IMG/VR virus record: IMGVR_UViG_3300029953_000001
Source: a virus
Direction: 5' to 3' (one strand)
Length of the DNA stretch: 64,000 nt
The position numbers and the translations under genes are program-made. The notes under the pieces were generated by a model. The model was not told the DNA's origin, did not search any database, and saw only the letters and a list, made by a program, of their open reading frames with translations. Shown piece by piece: positions 58,082 through 64,000 of the stretch (position 1 is its first letter; every line of letters begins with the position of its first letter).

Positions 58082-58800
58082 GCGACCAGAAACACCACAG
58101 CCTATTCGACTCCCTCAAGAGCATGGTGGTTGAAGACGACCCCTCTGCCCCCACTCCTGTCCCTGTAGCCCCGGCTCCGGTCGCCGCTGCTGCTGTATCC
58201 CCCTTCTCCTTCGGCTCATCTGCCGCTGGCACTGCCCCCGCGTTCGCTCCTGCGGCCTACACGCCTCCTCCTGCTGGTGCGTCCACACTCTCTTCCTTCG
58301 TGGGTGGAGCGGCACCAGTATCCTCCGCTGAGGCCGAAGACTTTTACCAGAAGCTTTTCACGAAGACCAACTTCGACACCACCGACATTGCGAACACCAT
58401 CAACAAGTTCCTTGAGCCGTTGAAAGCTCTGCCGATGGATGATAACCTGAAGTTCCGCACCGCTGTTGCTCAAGCGAAGGCAAACGCCAACATCACTGAA
58501 GACGCTATCCTCAACACTTTCGACACGCTCAAGACCACGCTGGCGACAGCGGCGGACAACTTCAAAACTAAGGTCGGTGCGTTCGAGGACAAGGAAATCA
58601 CGGCACGTCAGAATCGTCTGGCGGACATCGCACAGCAGCTTACCGCTCTCCAGACTGAGCAGACGCAGGTCACTTCAGACCTCGCGGCGGCACAGGCGAA
58701 GGATGCTGGAACTCAGACGGCGTTCAACACTGCGTTGACCAAGCGTGGTACCGAAATCGACGGGCAGAAGGCTCAGTTCGCCTCGATGCTTACCAAGTAA
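58078..58800 (+). CDS. Coiled-coil protein with Pro/Ala linker (first gene of envelope cassette)
   Basis: SLFDSLKSMVVEDD amphipathic N-terminus, P/A-rich linker, helical C-terminus. Confidence 0.75.
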   Translation: MSDQKHHSLFDSLKSMVVEDDPSAPTPVPVAPAPVAAAAVSPFSFGSSAAGTAPAFAPAAYTPPPAGASTLSSFVGGAAPVSSAEAEDFYQKLFTKTNFDTTDIANTINKFLEPLKALPMDDNLKFRTAVAQAKANANITEDAILNTFDTLKTTLATAADNFKTKVGAFEDKEITARQNRLADIAQQLTALQTEQTQVTSDLAAAQAKDAGTQTAFNTALTKRGTEIDGQKAQFASMLTK

Positions 58801-58831
58801 CTTCAAACCTTCAAAGAGAAAGGCACCCACT

Positions 58832-59932
58832 ATGTCCACAGGCATGACACCATACATTAGCGTCCCTCAGGGATTCACCCCGAAGTCCTTCTGGCAGCGG
58901 CCTGAAGGCGGAGCCGGGAAGGGTCTCATCTACACGGGCATTGCGGCTGCTTGCGTTGCTACGTTCTGGTTTTGGGGACTGATTGTTCCCTTTGTCGTAG
59001 AAACGTTGCAGAACACCGTGCTGTCGGTTGCCTACTTTGCCATCCTGCTTGCGGCGGGTTCCATCGCTCTTGGCGTCGGACCTCTCGGTGGCCTTCGCTC
59101 CGTCATTAGTAACGCTTTCCAGAGCTTCTCGCGTATGGTCGCCCGGTGCTACACTACCATTGACCCTATCGGGATTCTCAACAACAACCTCGATGACATG
59201 CGTAAAGAGAAGGCCACGCTCGACGGAACCGTTCAGCGTTTCGCTGGCTCTGAGAGTATGTTGCAGCGTAACATCGCCTCCAAACAGGCTGAGGCTCAGA
59301 AGGCTTACGCCATGAGTCAACAGGCCGCGAGGATGGCGGCAGCAGAAACCGACCCCATGAAGAAGCAGCAGTTGACCCTTCAGTCGGGCACCGATGAAGA
59401 GAACGCTGGCATGTTGCTTCAGGGCGTGCAGCAGTTGAAGGCTCTTGAAGCTGACACCTCGCACCTTCTCACCACCTTCCAGCAGTGGTCGATGGTCTCC
59501 GACGCAAAGATTCAGCGGACGGCGAACAAGGTCAGCTTCCTCACCACGCAGCGCAAGATGATTCTCGATGCGAAGGCAACTCTCAGCATCGGTCAGCGTC
59601 TGCTCAAGGGCAACTCTCAGCAGGAACAGATGGTCGATATGGCACTGGACTACCTCGAAGAGGATACGTCTCGTACCTTGGGCGAGATTCGTGACTTCTC
59701 TCGCTTCACCGACAAGCTGCTTACCAACGACCAGATTGAATCTGGTGCCAACGCGGAACTCGCTCGTCAGCAGTTTGCAGAGTTCAGTGCGAAGCTCCTC
59801 ACTTCCGGCTCGGCACCGGCTGGTGCAGACCTCATTCAGATTCCGGGTATCTCGTCCCCTGCTCCTGTCCCCATGGCTCGTCCGGCTGGTGGGTTCTCTT
59901 CCACGAGTGACGACATCGACCCGTTCAAGTAG
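58832..59932 (+). CDS. Two-TM protein with long PspA/IM30-like coiled coil
   Basis: KSFWQRPEG, two TMs, then IDPIGILNNNLDDMRKE.. (PspA-like DP..L motif) and ~230 aa of helix. Confidence 0.65.
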   Translation: MSTGMTPYISVPQGFTPKSFWQRPEGGAGKGLIYTGIAAACVATFWFWGLIVPFVVETLQNTVLSVAYFAILLAAGSIALGVGPLGGLRSVISNAFQSFSRMVARCYTTIDPIGILNNNLDDMRKEKATLDGTVQRFAGSESMLQRNIASKQAEAQKAYAMSQQAARMAAAETDPMKKQQLTLQSGTDEENAGMLLQGVQQLKALEADTSHLLTTFQQWSMVSDAKIQRTANKVSFLTTQRKMILDAKATLSIGQRLLKGNSQQEQMVDMALDYLEEDTSRTLGEIRDFSRFTDKLLTNDQIESGANAELARQQFAEFSAKLLTSGSAPAGADLIQIPGISSPAPVPMARPAGGFSSTSDDIDPFK

Positions 59933-59975
59933 TTCAACCATCAACCTTCAACCCTGAACTTTTAGGAGAAGCATT

Positions 59976-61817
59976 ATGGCAATCCGAATCAAGCCTCAAG
60001 CCAAGTTGTTCTTGGTCGTTATCGTAGCCGCAGTCGTTGTGTTCGGTCTTCGCTTCGCGATGTCCACGGGGTTGATTCCGACCCCCGGCATCCTGAAGTC
60101 GGTCGTCGCCACGAAGGTGCAGGTTCTCAAACAGGAAGACGCTGTGGTGCAGGGCATTGCCCCGCTCCCCTTCCCTTCCTCCAACCCGGCAAGTCTCTCT
60201 TCCCCTCTGTTCCTCGTGGACGGATGGGAGTGGAACGCACAACACAGCATTTTTCTCGCTTCCGGTGGTGCTGAAACAATGCAGGGTTCCCTGTTCGAGA
60301 AGTACAACGTGAACTACAAGTTCAAGCGTACTGACTCCAACGACACCATGCGTGCTGACATCCTTGCGTGTGCCAATCAGATGGCATCCAAGAACCAGAA
60401 CACGTGTGACACTGGAGCGGCTGCTCTCATCTTCATGGGTGACTCAGGCGGACAGTGGCTGTCGGAACTGAACGCTCAGTTGCTCAAGCTGGACAAGGGC
60501 GTTGGTGCCTACACGGTCAAGCTGTATGGTGCGCTTGGTCGCTCCAACGGTGAGGATGCTTTACTTGGACCTGCTGAGTGGAAGAAGAATCCTCAAACCA
60601 TGATTGGTAAGACTATCGTCGGCGTCATTCGTGACGGTGACTGGAACATCGCCATGGCGTTCGAGGGCTTCAACAACTTGAAGAACAACCCTGACCCGCA
60701 CACCTACAACCCGACCGCTGTGAACTGGATGGCGGCACCGGACGACGATTACATCAAGGCCGTCACCGATGTCTACAACCCGCACAAGTGCGAACAGCGA
60801 CCTGAGGTCGATGACTCTGGCAAGAAGGATGGCAAGATTGCAACCGTTTGCCCGGATGGTGTCGTAACTTGGACGCCGGGAGACGATGATGCCATCCACG
60901 GTCCCATTGACGGGACAACGAAGATTATCTCGTCGCGTGAATACTCGGCTCAGATGCCAGCTACCTTGGCCGTCATCAGCAAGTTCGCCGATAAGAACCC
61001 CGACACCATGTCTGGTTTCTTCGCTGCGTCGTTCACGGCTGCTGACCAGATGAAGGCGTACCCTGCTGCCATCAAGTTTGCTTCGAACGTTGCCGCAACT
61101 GTCTACGCAGACAACACGGGCGACTACTGGTACAACTACTTCGTGGGTGAGAAGGATAAGACGGGCAACCTGATTGGCGGCTCGGCTGTCTTTAACCTTC
61201 AGGACAACCTTCAGTATTTTGGTCTCGTACCCGGATACCAGAACAACATGAAGGCGACCTACGAGACGTTCGCTCGTATCGACATGGAGCAGTACGCCTC
61301 CCTGTTCAAGGATAGCCCCATCCCGACCTACGCTCAGGCGGTCAACACCAAGTACATCCGCTTGGCTGAGGACGCCCTCACCAATAACGGTGTGACGGGA
61401 GGGGGTGCTGAGACCACAGACTACACTGCGGCTATCTCCACGGGTGCGGTCGTGAGCACGGATAAGCAGTATATTGTGTTCGCTACCAACTCGGCTGCTC
61501 TGACTCCGGCTGGCAAGGCTCAGCTTGACCAGTTGGCAACTACGCTCGGTATCGCCAAGTCTCTTGCGTTCGAGATTGACGGCTACACTGACAACGCGGG
61601 TGACCAGACTCCAACTGGGCATCAGCACAACATCGACCTGTCCGCACAGCGTGCTGCTGCGGTGAAGGCTTACCTCATGTCGTACGCTCCGCAGGACTTC
61701 CCTGCTGCTCGGTTCAAGGCTGTCAAGGGCCTCGGCTCTGCGAACCCGGTGGCTCCGAACGACACGACGGATGACAAGCAGAAGAACCGCCGTGTGGAAA
61801 TTTTGCAGATTGGGTAA
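59976..61817 (+). CDS. ABC (NitT/TauT-like) substrate-binding protein fused to OmpA C-terminal domain
   Basis: N-terminal anchor; PBP-like GRSNGED, VTWTPGD; OmpA_C motifs FATNSA.L, IDGYTDNAG, NIDLSAQRAAAV, KNRRVEI. Confidence 0.85.
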   Translation: MAIRIKPQAKLFLVVIVAAVVVFGLRFAMSTGLIPTPGILKSVVATKVQVLKQEDAVVQGIAPLPFPSSNPASLSSPLFLVDGWEWNAQHSIFLASGGAETMQGSLFEKYNVNYKFKRTDSNDTMRADILACANQMASKNQNTCDTGAAALIFMGDSGGQWLSELNAQLLKLDKGVGAYTVKLYGALGRSNGEDALLGPAEWKKNPQTMIGKTIVGVIRDGDWNIAMAFEGFNNLKNNPDPHTYNPTAVNWMAAPDDDYIKAVTDVYNPHKCEQRPEVDDSGKKDGKIATVCPDGVVTWTPGDDDAIHGPIDGTTKIISSREYSAQMPATLAVISKFADKNPDTMSGFFAASFTAADQMKAYPAAIKFASNVAATVYADNTGDYWYNYFVGEKDKTGNLIGGSAVFNLQDNLQYFGLVPGYQNNMKATYETFARIDMEQYASLFKDSPIPTYAQAVNTKYIRLAEDALTNNGVTGGGAETTDYTAAISTGAVVSTDKQYIVFATNSAALTPAGKAQLDQLATTLGIAKSLAFEIDGYTDNAGDQTPTGHQHNIDLSAQRAAAVKAYLMSYAPQDFPAARFKAVKGLGSANPVAPNDTTDDKQKNRRVEILQIG

Positions 61818-61840
61818 AACTAACCTGTAGGCTAACCAGA

Positions 61841-61864
61841 GAAGGGGCGGTTCGCCGCCCCTTC
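61841..61864 (+). terminator. UUCG hairpin between SBP and permease genes
   Basis: GAAGGGGCGG-TTCG-CCGCCCCTTC. Confidence 0.7.
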
Positions 61865-61878
61865 CTTGTGAGGATTGA

Positions 61879-62730
61879 ATGGCAACTCAAGCTGTAGTTC
61901 CCGCTGTAACCAGTGTCCCCCTGAAAGACAAACTGAAGTTTTTCCTGCGTGTGTCTATCAACTCTGTCTCCCCTCTGCGAACTGTGAACAAGACAGTCGC
62001 CACAGGCATCTTCGCTTCGACCATAGTTGTCCTGCTCGGAGCATGGCTATTCAGCCCGTGGGCTCTACTCCCCACCCCGGCTGAGGTATGGCATTGCTTC
62101 ACCGACCTGTGGATGAACAGTGGACTTGGCAACCAACTCATCGTCAGCTATGTGCTCAACCTTCAGGCCATCGGTGTGGCTCTTATCGCCTCGCTGTCAA
62201 TCTCGTACCTGTCAGTTATCCCCATATTCAAACCAACTGCTCAGATGACCACCGCTCTTCGTATGCTGTCCATGGTGGGTATTTCACTCGCGTTCGAGTT
62301 GACCTTCGACTCTAAGCACACGGTCAAGGTTGCGATGTTAGCCTTCTCTATCTCGGTATGGTTCATCACGTCCATGCTGGATGTCATCAAGAACATCCCC
62401 AAGGAACAGTTTGACCTTGCCCGTACTCTCCGCTTCAGTCAGTGGCGTATCGTGTGGGAAGTAGTCATCCTTGGCACTGCGGCTCAGGCTTTCGACGTAC
62501 TCCGCCAGACCGCTGCCATGGGTTGGATGATGCTTACCTTGGTTGAAGGTATCGTGTTCGCTGAGGGTGGCGTCGGCACCATGCTACAGACCATGCAGCA
62601 TCACGCGAAGTATGGTGATATCATGGCGATTCAGATTTGCATCCTCATCATCGGTATCGGTCAGGACTACATCTTCGGCTTCCTGAAGAACATGTTCTTT
62701 GGTTACGCTAACCTGACGGTGGAGAACTAA
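61879..62730 (+). CDS. ABC transporter permease (SsuC/TauC-like)
   Basis: LLPTPAEV, about six TMs, EAA-like loop IPKEQFDLARTLRFS..VVI, EG..GGVG. Confidence 0.9.
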   Translation: MATQAVVPAVTSVPLKDKLKFFLRVSINSVSPLRTVNKTVATGIFASTIVVLLGAWLFSPWALLPTPAEVWHCFTDLWMNSGLGNQLIVSYVLNLQAIGVALIASLSISYLSVIPIFKPTAQMTTALRMLSMVGISLAFELTFDSKHTVKVAMLAFSISVWFITSMLDVIKNIPKEQFDLARTLRFSQWRIVWEVVILGTAAQAFDVLRQTAAMGWMMLTLVEGIVFAEGGVGTMLQTMQHHAKYGDIMAIQICILIIGIGQDYIFGFLKNMFFGYANLTVEN

Positions 62731-62733
62731 TAT

Positions 62734-63612
62734 ATGTCAAGCATGGACTACACACTCGGTCAGGCACTACTGACCATCGAGAATATCAACGTGTCTTACG
62801 ACCACCCAGTGCTGGTCAACGTCAATGCAAACATTAAAGACATCAAATGCACACACATCGACCCGTCCACGGGTAAGCCCTTCGTCAAAGGCCAAGTAGT
62901 CGCTCTCCTCGGGCCTTCAGGTTATGGTAAGACTCAACTGTTCCGCACCATTGCTGGACTCAACAAACCCAACAGCGGTATCGTCTACATCAACAACTGC
63001 AACTGCGGTCGGGAAGGATGCACCAAGGAACGTTGTGCGGTTCATGCGGGAGACGTTGGTGTTGTGGCTCAGAGCTACCCGCTGTTCCCTCACCGCACTG
63101 TCATGGGCAACCTGATGCTGGCGGCGAAGCGTAACGGCAAGACGACCGCACAGGCTCATGATGAAATCATGGCCTACCTCACAGAGTTCGAGTTGGCTGA
63201 TAAGGTCAATGACTACCCGGCCAGCTTATCCGGTGGTCAGCGTCAACGCATCGCCATCATCCAGCAGGTTCTGTGCAATAACCACTTCATTTTGATGGAC
63301 GAGCCATTCTCTGGTCTCGATCCCATCGCACTGGAGAAGGCGGCTCAACTCATTCAGAAGATAGCAAATCTTGATGAACTTAACACCATCATCATCGTCA
63401 CTCACGATGTGACGGCGGGGTGTGCAGTTGCGGATACGGTATGGATGCTCGGCCATGACAAGAACCCGGACGGGACTAACATCCCCGGCACCCACATTGT
63501 CAAGAGCTATAACCTGATTGACCTTGACCTTGCGTGGCATCCGGACATCACTTTGACCCCGAATTTCATGGCGTTCGTGGCCCAATTGAAGCGGGAGTTC
63601 AGGGAACTCTAA
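62734..63612 (+). CDS. ABC transporter ATP-binding protein (SsuB/TauB-like)
   Basis: GPSGYGKT, Q-loop, LSGGQRQR, LMDEPFSGLD, VTHD. Confidence 0.93.
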   Translation: MSSMDYTLGQALLTIENINVSYDHPVLVNVNANIKDIKCTHIDPSTGKPFVKGQVVALLGPSGYGKTQLFRTIAGLNKPNSGIVYINNCNCGREGCTKERCAVHAGDVGVVAQSYPLFPHRTVMGNLMLAAKRNGKTTAQAHDEIMAYLTEFELADKVNDYPASLSGGQRQRIAIIQQVLCNNHFILMDEPFSGLDPIALEKAAQLIQKIANLDELNTIIIVTHDVTAGCAVADTVWMLGHDKNPDGTNIPGTHIVKSYNLIDLDLAWHPDITLTPNFMAFVAQLKREFREL

Positions 63613-63628
63613 AATATTTCAAAATGTT

Positions 63629-63657
63629 GTCCAAAACGCCCTCTTGTCCGGTATACT
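63629..63657 (+). promoter_or_regulatory. Class A promoter
   Basis: GTCCAA-N17-TATACT. Confidence 0.7.
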
Positions 63658-63698
63658 CAGTGTGTATCGACAAGAGGGTGAGCCATGAAAGGAAGACA

Positions 63699-63929
63699 AT
63701 GACACAACTGAGAGCAGGGGCTATCATCGTTCAGAATGAAGTGCCGTACATTTACACCAAGGCCGGGAAGAAGGGCAGTAGAGTAGCGTCCGTCCCCCCT
63801 AACCATGGAATTGCCCGTCTATCCAAAGGTGTTGTGGAACTCACGCCCCCGGCTGAACTGGACAAGTTTATTTACTCCAGCACGTACAAGGGTTACCCCT
63901 GCCATCGTCTCATCGCTGACTTGAATTAG
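63699..63929 (+). CDS. Small hypothetical protein
   Basis: AAAGGA SD; ATG at 63699. Confidence 0.55.
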   Translation: MTQLRAGAIIVQNEVPYIYTKAGKKGSRVASVPPNHGIARLSKGVVELTPPAELDKFIYSSTYKGYPCHRLIADLN

Positions 63930-64000
63930 CCACCACCAAGCGACAAAGGCGAGTGAACTCGTCTTGTGGTAGCTTCCACTTCATGTTATTGATGGGTTTG

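Noticed and set aside
43698-61628. Long minus-strand ORFs (43698-44921, 46344-47243, 49761-50618, 58811-59944, 60561-61628; also 17812-18714)
   Set aside because: Antisense shadows of strongly codon-biased + strand genes; no recognisable motifs or start signals.
1-64000. Genome-wide stop-codon reassignment (TAG or TGA)
   Set aside because: Well-conserved genes (dnaX, thyX, dCMP deaminase, primase, Rnl1, SNF2) are intact and end at TAG or TGA at the expected lengths; the in-frame stops are sporadic.
1-64000. CRISPR array, DGR/retron, integrase or IS element
   Set aside because: No regularly spaced repeats, reverse transcriptase, recombinase or transposase motifs were seen by eye.

Overview
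This looks like a 64-kb segment of a large (jumbo-type) dsDNA bacteriophage. Genes are densely packed, almost all on the + strand, and read in the standard code. An OmpA-domain protein and lipoproteins suggest a diderm host. The window opens inside a PKD/FN3 virion-type protein. Replication and recombination genes follow: a possible beta-clamp, the C-terminal half of Rad50/SbcC, a Toprim primase, an RdgC-like protein, DnaX and an SNF2 helicase. Transcription factors include a NusG paralog with an AT-hook and an ECF-like sigma factor. There is an RNA repair pair (PNKP + Rnl1 ligase), peptide deformylase, ThyX and dCMP deaminase. Many nucleotide/signal-processing enzymes are present (ADP-ribosylglycohydrolase, two NUDIX, SLOG, HD, HD-GYP, dual-specificity phosphatase, NDT-like), along with intact and decayed homing endonucleases. 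Most notable: (1) a five-gene envelope cassette (coiled-coil protein, TM+PspA-like protein, solute-binding/OmpA fusion, permease, ATPase) flanked by early-type promoters; (2) two promoter classes (GTTCAA-N17-TATACT and GTATTA), both often exactly 6 nt before an ATG, implying leaderless mRNAs; (3) a ~99-nt structured ncRNA candidate at 56517-56615 whose 16-bp terminal stem starts at the predicted +1; (4) a sigma-like gene that seems to need a +1 frameshift. All family calls come from reading motifs by eye; no database search was run.
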